This document shows positions 1 to 8,920 of a stretch of DNA of 17,409 bases, one piece after another. This stretch comes from Ginkgo biloba (Eukaryota > Plantae > Ginkgophyta). Location of the stretch: contig JANKJI020000002.1 in the NCBI GenBank assembly GCA_024626585.2, positions 63,649,623 through 63,667,031 of the forward strand. Reading direction: 5' to 3'. Made by a program: the position numbers and the translations under genes. Every line of letters begins with the position of its first letter. Position 1 is the first letter of the stretch. The notes beneath the pieces were generated by a model. The model did no database searches. It was given only the letters and a program-made list of their open reading frames with translations, and was not told where the DNA came from.

Positions 1-600
1 ACTTGTCTAGAATCTAGTTTGGGAAATCACCAAAAGAGTGAACAATGATTTTCTAGATGTGCAATTGTTTAGTGTGACAGTTGTCTCTAATTGGTATCAG
101 GGCATCGATAATTACTTGTCAATAGGAACATTTCCAAAGGATATGCCTATCTATGAACGATGGGAGGTTCTAGTGAAGGCAAGACCATTTCATTATGCTC
201 AAAGTAGAGAAAGTCATCCCAGAAGCACATGTTGGTCCCTTAGATGGACATGCGGGGCATGAGTCAACGACTCAATTTTTTTTTCTTGTAAGGTTATGGT
301 GGCCTCGAGTCTTCCAAGACACTAAAGAGTTTGTGAGATGCTATGATATTTATTAATGCACAGGGTGTCTGCTAAAGAAAGATTTTATGTGTTTGCATCC
401 AATCTTGTCCCGGGAACTATTTGAGCATTGGGGGCTTGATTTTGTTGGTTCCATCAAACATCCTTCTTATAGTGGACAATGCAGATATATTGTGGTGATG
501 ATCGAGTATTTGATGAAGTAGGTTGAGGCTTGTCCATTGTTAGACATCTCTGCACAAAATATAGTAGAATTTTTGCAAGAATGTGTGATTATGATACTTT
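1..600 (+). pseudogene. Degenerate Ty3/gypsy (Athila-like) pol: end of RNase H, linker, integrase zinc-binding domain and start of integrase core
   Basis: Manual translation across frameshifts and stops gives LSR...NNDFLDVQLF...WYQGIDNYLSIGTFP...KARPF, then EAHVGPLDGHAG...LWWPRVFQDTKEFVRCYDI (decayed HHCC domain), then LFEHWGLDFVGSIK...RYIVVMIEYLMK*VEA (rve core). The order RH then INT is diagnostic of gypsy. Confidence 0.92.
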
Positions 601-601
601 G

Positions 602-1824
602 TGAGTGTGTAATACTCCACCAGATTGCAAGATGCGCAATTTTACACCAATTCTGTGCGATGTGCGAGTTTGTTCCAGTTTTATATGAAAGAACCATTTC
701 TTTGTGATGTGCCAATATTGTGTGAGTTATAGATTAATACATTTATGCAAGAATATTTATCTAAACAATAAATATTTCATAATTGTTAAAAGGAGGGACA
801 TTCATGATAGGTTACAATGATTGAAAGAATTAGAGGCCAAGAAGGCAGAGGTAGTTACCATAGAAACCCAAATTAGTTAGTCACTGATCTTTACTATATG
901 TTCCAATAATTTTAACCACTATAAAAAAATGAGGAGGTAAACACTATGAATAAAATAAGAGGAAGTGAAAGAAAAAGAGGTTTCATATTTTATAACACCC
1001 GGTGAGGAAATCCCCGTCCTGTGTTTCTTTTCTTCCTCGTATCCTCCTCCATTTTTTTTATGCTTTTAATAATGGTGTCATCATCTTGTAATTTTTTGAA
1101 TAAACATCTAATTTTGGAGCTTGTATACACCCTTATGGGTTATTTTTATCATTTTTATGGGATACTCTAAGATTTCTTCAATCGAAGATTTTAATTCTCT
1201 TATGTAATTGTCAAGATTTTATACTTGTAACCTGGATAATTATTTGAATGAAATTTACATGTTTTCATCTTGTTCCAATGTTGATGTGATCAAAAAATTC
1301 TAGTTATGTTGGTAGTGTAGTTTATAAAATAATTTTTTGCTTAAGCATTTAGTGCTACTGCTATTTAATGGTGAATGTTATTATTGTATGAATAATAGGA
1401 TTTATTTNNNNNNNNNNNNNNNNNNNNNNNNNNNNNNNNNNNNNNNNNNNNNNNNNNNNNNNNNNTACTAATATGTTTTCTCTATTTTCTTCTCTATATC
1501 CTAAGTAATTGATCTGAAATACTTCCAAATTATTTACTACCTTAGACAATTTTTAAAGAATCTACTTTGAGCGTTGTTGGAGTGAGACCTTGAAGATTGA
1601 TTATTGTAGTGTGGTGTTGTTTGTCCCAATCTTATTTTGAGTGTTATTGGAGGAATATAAATAACATTAAATCTAGAATATTATTATCCAGAGGTGTCAG
1701 GAACTACCGGATCTTCATATTTCAAGCTATTTAGGATCATGCTTAAACTTGAGGGACCTACTTTATAGCACCAAGAGGTATCCCTAAGAGGGTGCTCAGG
1801 AGTTGTTTTATTTCAATATTCCTT
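602..1824. mobile_element. ~1.2 kb AT-rich non-coding insertion splitting the element A integrase core; possibly a solo LTR
   Basis: Integrase similarity stops at ~600 (FLQECVIM) and resumes at 1925 (HLVYHIIKHL) with only about a dozen residues unaccounted for. LTR-like start TGAGTG/TGTAATACTCC at 602-618 and CTATAAAA near 918. The right boundary is uncertain (GGGTGCTCA at 1790-1798, or inside the 1825-1924 gap). Confidence 0.55.
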
Positions 1825-1924
1825 NNNNNNNNNNNNNNNNNNNNNNNNNNNNNNNNNNNNNNNNNNNNNNNNNNNNNNNNNNNNNNNNNNNNNNNNNNNN
1901 NNNNNNNNNNNNNNNNNNNNNNNN

Positions 1925-2558
1925 ACACTTAGTCTACCATATAATCAAACATCTAATAATGGAGTTTCAAATTTCTCATAAAAGATCAAGTCGTTACTAT
2001 CCTCGAGCCAATGGAAAGGTTGAGCCAACAATAAAGTCTTGGTAACAACTCTATACAAAACTTGTGGTGTCAACTAGAAAGACTAGGTTGATGGTCTCTA
2101 GGCGACACTATTGGCATTTTGCATTGCCTATAATGTAACAATGAGGCATGCTTCCTTCCACTTGGTTTATGGGTAGGAAGTTGTAATGTCTCCTGATTTT
2201 GTAATTCCTAGCTTGGGCATTGCACTTGATAACTTGTTGGACAATGCAGTAAGTCTACAAGCGAGACTTGACAAGCTCTTATTATTGGATGAATGAAGAT
2301 TGATGGTGCAATGGGCAACACCCCTTGCTCAAAGATGATGGAAGTGTTTGTATTACTGACATTTTTGATGGTAGAAGATCCAAGTGGGATCCAAAGTTTT
2401 GCAAGAGGATGGCAATACTGTAATCAAGCATGACAAGTTGAAGATTTAGTGGCTAGGTCCTTTTGTCATGACTGTCGTCCATGATAATGATACAATCCAC
2501 TTAGCCAAACTAGATAGTTGAGGGCTCAAGGAACTGTTCCAAATTGAAGTTATATCAT
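1925..2558 (+). pseudogene. Degenerate gypsy integrase core and C-terminal region (element A)
   Basis: Translation gives SHKRSSRYYPRANGKVE...ASFHLVYG*EVVMSPDFVIPSLGIA...KLKI*WLGPF (GPY/F motif at 2450-2464)...KLKLYH, with many stops and a frameshift. No chromodomain is evident downstream. Confidence 0.92.
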
Positions 2559-2870
2559 TCTCAAAAGTGTGACAACGACATTCTAGTTTGGCATGTCAAA
2601 CACAAAATCGAAGATTTTTCATGGACATAGTGGCAAGCTTCATTTTTGCATAGGTTTCACCAAATAGAGATGGAATCGAGAATTTGCCTGTACTAGACAA
2701 CTGCTCTAATCACAAAACAAGAACGAAAATTCATTATGGATTACTAGGATTAGCTAGACTATGACAAACACATTTGCTAGAAGAAATTCTATCCTCGACA
2801 AATGCAATTGTGCGAGATTACAAATACAAATGTAGGCACCGAACAGATGTAGATGAACAGAAGATTGTAG

Positions 2871-3308
2871 ATGGAGTTGGAGGAAACACGTGAAAGAATG
2901 TTGGAAGAAGATGGACGACGGTCCAGGGTGGATGGCTACATTCTAAGCCTAGGTCTCGAACGACGGTCCCAAGCACTCGATGGTTGAAACATGGTTCTAG
3001 ATAGGTGAGGGAGGAAAAGGATGTCTTGGACCACCTCTTTTGATAGGCAAGAAATGTTTTTGGATAGAGAATTGGACTTGAACTCATTTGAAAACCATTT
3101 GCACATAATAATGAGGTGGCAAGAGTGGTTATGCATGACCACATGGCAACAAAAGTGGTTGTGCATGGCAATGAGGTGGCAAAGGAAGGCTTGGATTCAT
3201 AGTTTGTACACAAGTGATGATTCTAAGTACTAGAGGCAAGGAGATGAGGGCATCAAGGTGCCAAAAACTAAAATAGATGAGCTTTAGATGGTGGCTTCCC
3301 TCCTCTGT
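2871..3308 (+). pseudogene. Decayed extra ORF downstream of integrase (element A), 5' part
   Basis: One frame runs from ATG 2871 to TGT 3306-3308 with four TGA/TAG stops (MELEETRERMLEED...KAWIHSLYTSDDSKY*RQGDEGIKVPKTKIDEL*MVASLLC) and includes ORF 3021-3233. It ends exactly at the element B LTR boundary. No family recognised. Confidence 0.4.
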
Positions 3309-4043
3309 TGATAGCAATTTTGCACTTCCTTTGCTTATTTGCTCATCATTTAATTGTCAACTTGAGTTTTAGATTTAAACGGTGGTGAGAAAGACAAAAT
3401 TTGTACTACTCCTACAAAACTAGTTGAAATTGAAAGATGTCACTAGAAAAGAAAATAAAGAAGCAAATTTGGAACATAAAGTGCGAACAAAGAAATCTAA
3501 CAATGAGGTGGCAATCTTGGTGTTAGATAAGGATCCTTCCATCCAATGCTCATAAGAGTCTATCGCAATGCCATAGAAAATCTTCGTTAGAGGAAAACTT
3601 GCTTGTTTCATTAATAAAAAATATGGTTCTTATACAAGAAGTAGTTAGCAGTTTCCAATGGCCAACTATTGCATTATGTTTAACTAATGAAAGTACATAT
3701 TAATCACAAAAGCTATCTACTTCCAACTAATTGTGAGGATAGCCTTACCCTCAACTCAACATGAGGGCAAACGTACCCGACCAGACCCTTAGATGAGTAT
3801 GAGGGTAGCACAAAACTAGCAGCAATTTCATACAAAAACATGGCAAATCCACCCACAGAGAGACTTGAGGGTAGCTTTTTATGCAAAGATTACTAAGGTC
3901 ACGTTAAGCCCTTAAATCTATTACATCAAAGCTACCAATAGAGGAAGATTACTACAATTCGCATTGAATTTGCAAAGAAAATGGAACAAGAAAGAACCCA
4001 TGTCAAATATGGAACGGTAGGGAGAGATGCTATAGCCTAGACA
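3309..4043 (-). repeat. 3' LTR of element B
   Basis: Begins TGATAGCAA and ends CCTAGACA on +, and aligns along its length with 7132-8026. I counted 19 mismatches in one ~127-nt stretch (~85% identity); other parts look lower. No clear PPT is adjacent. Confidence 0.82.
3717..3878. repeat. More degenerate copy of the palindromic array in element B 3' LTR
   Basis: CTACTTCCA-actaattg-TGAGGATAG (3717), TTACCCTCA-actcaaca-TGAGGGCAA (3745), a partly deleted middle, gatgagta-TGAGGGTAG, and CCACCCACA-gagagact-TGAGGGTAG (3849). Confidence 0.85.
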
Positions 4044-4435
4044 AGTCAAATAGATTTGCCTTTGAAAAGAGGTAAAGCAAAGGAAATAAGTGAGGAAGCT
4101 AGCAAGTGGGCCCTACAATTGCTAATATCACCACTAGAGGTAGCCTTGATAAGAAAGAAAAAACTATTAAACAGCAAGTGGAAAACCCAATCTCAGGTGC
4201 TCTTAATGAAACAATGATACGTGGCAAAAGGCACATGGATTCACGATTGCAATGTAGGGTGGTTCCAACACAAGTCTAATCAATTTATGGAAGTCATTAC
4301 AACCCAAAACTATTATTTATGGAGGGTCAAGCTAGNNNNNNNNNNNNNNNNNNNNNNNNNNNNNNNNNNNNNNNNNNNNNNNNNNNNNNNNNNNNNNNNN
4401 NNNNNNNNNNNNNNNNNNNNNNNNNNNNNNNNNNN

Positions 4436-5030
4436 AATATAATCACTAGATCTATTGTAGCCATCCAATTTTTGCACAAAATGGTGGTATATCCTTCTAT
4501 ATCTCTCTTAAGCTAAAATATAACAAAATTTGATGAATAATCCCAATTTGCAAAAGTTATAAGAACAACACCTAATCTCCCTTTTGGTTAGACCATGGAT
4601 CTATCATCGACCTATAAAATACCATGCATTTTGAATACCCTTTATGCTTATATTATTCATTTCTTTTACCATCATTATGTTAATTGTTTCTCCTAGATCC
4701 ATTGGGACCTTAGGGATCTAGGTAGTACTAATGGAAACATTAACTAGAGATGTACATAAATTATCATAATTATAAATAAGTTCCTAACCAAGGACTAAAG
4801 TTGAGGTTGCTCCTATAACCTTTATTCTGGCTAGATCCTTTCATTTTGGTTAGACTTAAACATAGAGATATTACACGTATTATGCATAAATGGGAGTATC
4901 TTTCACTATCTAACTAGTGGGATACACATAAAAATATTATGTAATTCATAAACAAAGTTGAAATGGAATTCCTCCTTACTCTCTTAGGGATTTTTCAATT
5001 TCAAAGGAAAGGGAATACTTTCTTCTCGTT
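4436..5030 (-). pseudogene. Degenerate retroviral-type aspartic protease region, element B
   Basis: - strand: IPFPLKL...FNFVYELHNIFMCIPL...PMDLGETINIM (DLG active-site motif typical of Athila, 4691-4699)...DRSMV*PKG...WDYSSNFVIF...GYTTILCKNWMAT (equivalent to ILGRPWLAT). Confidence 0.85.
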
Positions 5031-5779
5031 CCTTTAGTGATCTACGTAGGATTCCTTCATCCTTAAATTCCTAATTATTGTATTGTGCATAAATATGCAC
5101 ACCACTTTTCTTTTGAGGAGGAGGGTTATCCAATAACTTCTTAAACATATGGGTCATACCATTATAGGTAGAAGGAAAAAAATCACTAGGCAGGACATCA
5201 GGAATAGGCCATTCAATTACTTAATTGATAACTATCACATATCTGGCAATATTCTACTTAGGATTGCTTGCTAGCTTGGGCACTACCTAAGCATGGAGGG
5301 TTAATGATGGTGGTTTACTTTTTGTTTGGACGTTATCCAGTGGGGAGGTCTGACATTTTTTCCTCCTATGGGAGCTGGGTATTGTGGTTGAGGGGAAGGA
5401 GAAAGTACCTATTAGGCTCCATAAATGTATGCGGGCTTAAGAATGAAGGTTCATATGGATGTATAGCAACATTGCTTTCAGACCTTAGGTGTTGAGGATA
5501 AAATTGATCAGGCACAGGGCTTCTGAAACACAATTCGTAATCAAAATTACCATGCAAATAAAATGGAATATCGTGCATTCCTCGTTGAGCATATCGATAC
5601 ATACCTGGGGGATAACTTAGCTTAGAGTACTAATGGAATCCTGGATCATAGGATGCTTCTTCTCTAGGGTTTCGGTTCCATCTGCCTCTCCTTTTCTGCA
5701 TCTAGGTGAAACCTTATTGTGCAAATGCATCCTCCACTCCTTTAACTGCAGTCTTCAAATCTCTTAACAAAGATCCCAT

Positions 5780-6604
5780 TACCCTCTTCAGAGATCCCAC
5801 ATTGGACTTGTACTGTGTCTATTGGATGTGCATTCGCAGAATGTTTTTGTTTGCATTTAGAACAATAAATGGATAGTGCTATTGGAGGGAATGGATTTGG
5901 GATTTTACCCTTCCAAACCAATTAGTGCTATTTCCTCTTTCAAATCTCCTAATAAAGTGCTTAGTTCTGCTTTGTTAACTATCTCAAGGGGTGTTGTTGC
6001 CCTACTCGCGGAAGGAAACACAGATGGCTCATTTACTTTCTTGTCGCCCCATTTTTTCAAAGCCTTGGATTACTGTAGGCATAGCTCCTTAATTTTCAAA
6101 AGGGAGAGTGTTGAAACTTCCCTAGCAGAAATGAAGTCTAGCCACATCTTCACATTTGGATTTAATTCAGCTAGGAAAACTATTTTAGAGTAGATTCCTC
6201 ATGTCCGTGTCTTAGACACCTTCATGTCAAGTAGTTGAATCTTTCGATATAGTGTTTTAGAGTGTCATTTTCCTCTTGTTTCAATCATAAAATCTCCTCC
6301 TTGAAATCAACATCCTGTCAATAACCTTGGTATTTCTTTATAAATGTTTTGTGCATTTATTCCCATGAACAATCGATCCTCCTTTGAGGCTCATGAACCA
6401 TCTTAGCGTAGCTCCTTTTAATGTGGATGAAAATAACTTCAACTTGTGAGCATCCATCTAATCATTGTAACTTTGGTAGAGGACATCAAATTCAAGTAGA
6501 AATACACTAGGATCTTCTTGACTTCTTCCTCAAAATTGGGGTAGAATGGTTGGAGTGATGTGCTTCATAGCTCTATTTTGTGCCTCTGCGGTGATAGCAA
6601 TAAA
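5780..6604 (-). pseudogene. Degenerate retrotransposon gag (Retrotrans_gag capsid region and Cys/His motif), element B
   Basis: - strand translation: MKHITPTILPQF*GRSQEDPSVFLLEFDVLYQSY...AHKLKLFSSTLKGATLRWFMSL...KTFIKKYQGY...KEEIL*LKQEENDTLKHYIERF. A decayed Cys/His motif lies near 5790-5845. Confidence 0.88.
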
Positions 6605-7109
6605 NNNNNNNNNNNNNNNNNNNNNNNNNNNNNNNNNNNNNNNNNNNCTTAAAATCTCTTGGATAAAGATTCAACCGCTTGATTATATTCTCTTCCACCT
6701 AAGGCTACTCTTGGTGTCATTTATGTGTTTTTAGTAAGGAAATAATGGGTACCAACACTTATCCACACTCTTTTATACTACTCGGTATCTACCTCCAATA
6801 GTCAATTTGTCTTCGTACGACTAGAGTTTGGATGTGGTAGTGGTTGCTTCCCTCTCTCTTTTTCTTTGTGTGCGGACTGAGGAAGATCTCAACTGCCCTT
6901 CTTTACACCCACTTCTACCTTCTTTTAGAAGAGTCGACTTTGTCGAACACAGTCTTTGCTCTGTCACTAGAAAATTGATGCGGCTTTGCATGGCCACCCT
7001 CTGCCTTTACGTCTTAAAAAAACGGTTGGTTTTTTCTTCAGGTAGTTTGAAAACAATCGCCTTGCCTCTGTATTATATAAGAACATTGATTTTACTTAGC
7101 AGTCCGCCA

Positions 7110-7127
7110 TCCTTGACAATGGTGCCA
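7110..7127 (-). promoter_or_regulatory. Primer-binding site, tRNA-Asp type (Athila-like), decayed
   Basis: The - strand reads TGGCACCATTGTCAAGGA, 4 nt inside the LTR end. It matches the known Athila PBS TGGCGCCGTTGCCGGGGA at 13/18, and all five differences are G>A or C>T transitions. Confidence 0.8.
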
Positions 7128-7439
7128 AAAATGATTGCAATTCTATAATTCCTTTGCTTGCTCATCATTTAATTGTCAATTCGGATCTTAGATTGGTGAG
7201 AAAGACATACTTTCTACTATTGCTACAAAACTAGTTGAAATTAAAAGAAATCACCACAAAAGAAAATAAAGAAACAAATCTAGAACAAAAATTACAAATG
7301 AAGAAATTTAATTATGAGGTGGCAATCTTGGTGCTGGATGGGGATCCTTTCATCTAGTGCTTGTTAGCGTTTGCTAGGATGCTTTAGAAAATCTATATTA
7401 TAGGAAAACTTGCTTGTTTCATTGTTCGAAAATATGGTT

Positions 7440-7445
7440 CTTATA
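7440..7445 (-). promoter_or_regulatory. Candidate LTR TATA box (TATAAG), element B
   Basis: Lies in a block identical in both LTRs (AAAATATGGTTCTTATACAAGA; second copy at 3629-3634), ~80 bp downstream of the palindrome array in element orientation. Confidence 0.4.
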
Positions 7446-7527
7446 CAAGAGTTAGCTAGTAGTTTCCAATGGCTAATTGTTGTTTTATCTTTAACTAATG
7501 AAAGTACATGTAAATCACAAAAGATGC

Positions 7528-7706
7528 CTACCTTCAACAAATTATGAGGGTAGCCTTGCCCTCAACTCAACATGAGGGCAGACCTACCCTCACCTCAATA
7601 TGAGTGTAGCCCTACCCTCATATGAGTATGAGGGTAGCACGAACTAGTAGCATTTTCATACAAAAGCTTGGCAAATCTACCCTCATAGATACGTGAGGGT
7701 AGATTT
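7528..7706. repeat. Array of palindromic units CTACCCTCA-N8-TGAGGGTAG in element B 5' LTR (four at 28-bp period plus one detached)
   Basis: Units start at 7528, 7556, 7584, 7612 and 7677, read directly from the sequence. Confidence 0.93.
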
Positions 7707-8030
7707 TTACACAAAGGACTAAGGTCACATTATGTCCATAAATCTATTACATCAAAGCTACCAAAAGAAGAAAACTACTACAATTTGCCTTGAATTCACC
7801 ACAAAAATGGAACAAGAAAGAACNNNNNNNNNNNNNNNNNNNNNNNNNNNNNNNNNNNNNNNNNNNNNNNNNNNNNNNNNNNNNNNNNNNNNNNNNNNNN
7901 NNNNNNNNNNNNNNNNNNNNNNNAAAACTACTACAATTTGCCTTGAATTCACCAAAAAAATGGAACAAGAAAGAACCCATCATCTACTCTAGGTCGGTTA
8001 GGGAACAAAGATGCAATGACCTACCCTTGT

Positions 8031-8920
8031 GGTTGGTACCATACCTCAAGGGACTGTTGCAAGGACGATGGTATAATTAGTGTAAATTCTTGCACACTAA
8101 GTTGCATTGAGTCTTTGATATGATGATGAATAAATCTTCTTGCATCTTTAATTTCTCTTTGTATCTTGAGGGATTTTATTATGATGCTATTGGTGTAACC
8201 ACTAACACCATTCAGCTAGGGGTTCCATTGATACATAGATGGAACCAATTTGCATTGGATAACTCTATTATTCAAAAGAGGAAAAAGCCCGTTTTAGAAC
8301 AAGAAATTGAAGATAATGACAACACCATAGATCGTACATAGGAGGAGGAAGAGTTAGAAGGTATGAAATACTCAAATTTGGTGCAGGAACTTGTGATTAG
8401 TCCCAATCAACCTCAGAGGATGGGACCTAATTTGAATGCACTAACCATAGAGACCATAGTCCCACCTCTCACATTGGACAGTAGGACAGGAACTCCAATA
8501 TAGGTATAGATGGCCATTCAAGGGAACACAACCATCCCTTCCTTGTAGCTTCAAGTAATTAACCCCAGAAGGATATGTTCTCTAATGCGGACTTGGAAGC
8601 CATTGTGGAAGCATTCCTCGAAGCCACTATGGATGTAGAGCCTCCTCTTGGCGCTCCTTCACAACCATGGCAAAATTTTCTATTAGCCCATCTTTTGGAT
8701 ACTGTGTTGGACAGATTGGAGGGAGCATATATAGAGACGATGTTGGGGGAAGTGTGCTTAGGTGAGGAGGACACTCCACTTTCCTTTGCAATTGTTGCAA
8801 GTTGCAACATATGGGAGTAAGGTGGAGGAAGGATCATTCAGGGATGATATGGAGAGGGACTTAGGCTGCAATGATCAAGACGTGTTTGGGGATGGGGATA
8901 ATGATGCAACATCTCTATAG
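8031..8920 (+). pseudogene. Decayed extra ORF of element A, 3' part (resumes after element B)
   Basis: GWYHTSRDCCKDDGIISVNSCTLSCIESLI, then after a frameshift ORF 8120-8341 (FNFSLYLEGFYYDAI...QKRKKP, acidic tail) and ORF 8575-8820. Coding-like purine-rich composition. No family recognised. Confidence 0.4.

Larger units (their letters stand above)
3309..8026 (-). mobile_element. Element B: Athila-like Ty3/gypsy LTR retrotransposon inserted in reverse orientation into element A
   Basis: Two direct ~740-bp repeats flank a PBS, gag and protease on the - strand. Candidate decayed target-site duplication TCTGT (3304-3308) vs CTTGT (8026-8030). RT, RH and INT are not visible. Confidence 0.85.
7132..8026 (-). 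repeat. 5' LTR of element B (length inflated by a 100-N gap and a 53-bp duplicated flank)
   Basis: Begins TGATTGCAA on +, so it ends ...TTGCAATCA on -, followed after a short T run by the PBS. Direct repeat of 3309-4043. Confidence 0.85.

Noticed and set aside
92-103. TGGTATCAGGGC, an 11/12 match to the tRNA-iMet PBS TGGTATCAGAGC
   Set aside because: It lies inside pol, encodes the conserved WY of the RH-INT linker, and has no adjacent LTR end.
3108-3514. AATGAGGTGGCAA shared between the element A flank (twice) and the element B LTR
   Set aside because: One or two 13-mer matches are expected by chance in 17 kb, and similarity does not extend further.
5268-7148. + strand ORFs 5268-5495, 5876-6193, 6546-6734 and 6828-7148
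   Set aside because: They are antisense shadows of element B gag and its leader, with no recognisable protein.
7528-7706. Repeat-spacer array as a CRISPR
   Set aside because: Spacers are only 8 bp, the context is a plant LTR, and no cas genes are present.
7771-7976. 53-bp direct repeat flanking the 100-N gap (7771-7823 and 7924-7976)
   Set aside because: The partner LTR has a single copy. Near-identical contig ends around a fixed-size gap indicate an unmerged overlap (one mismatch, perhaps allelic), not a real duplication.
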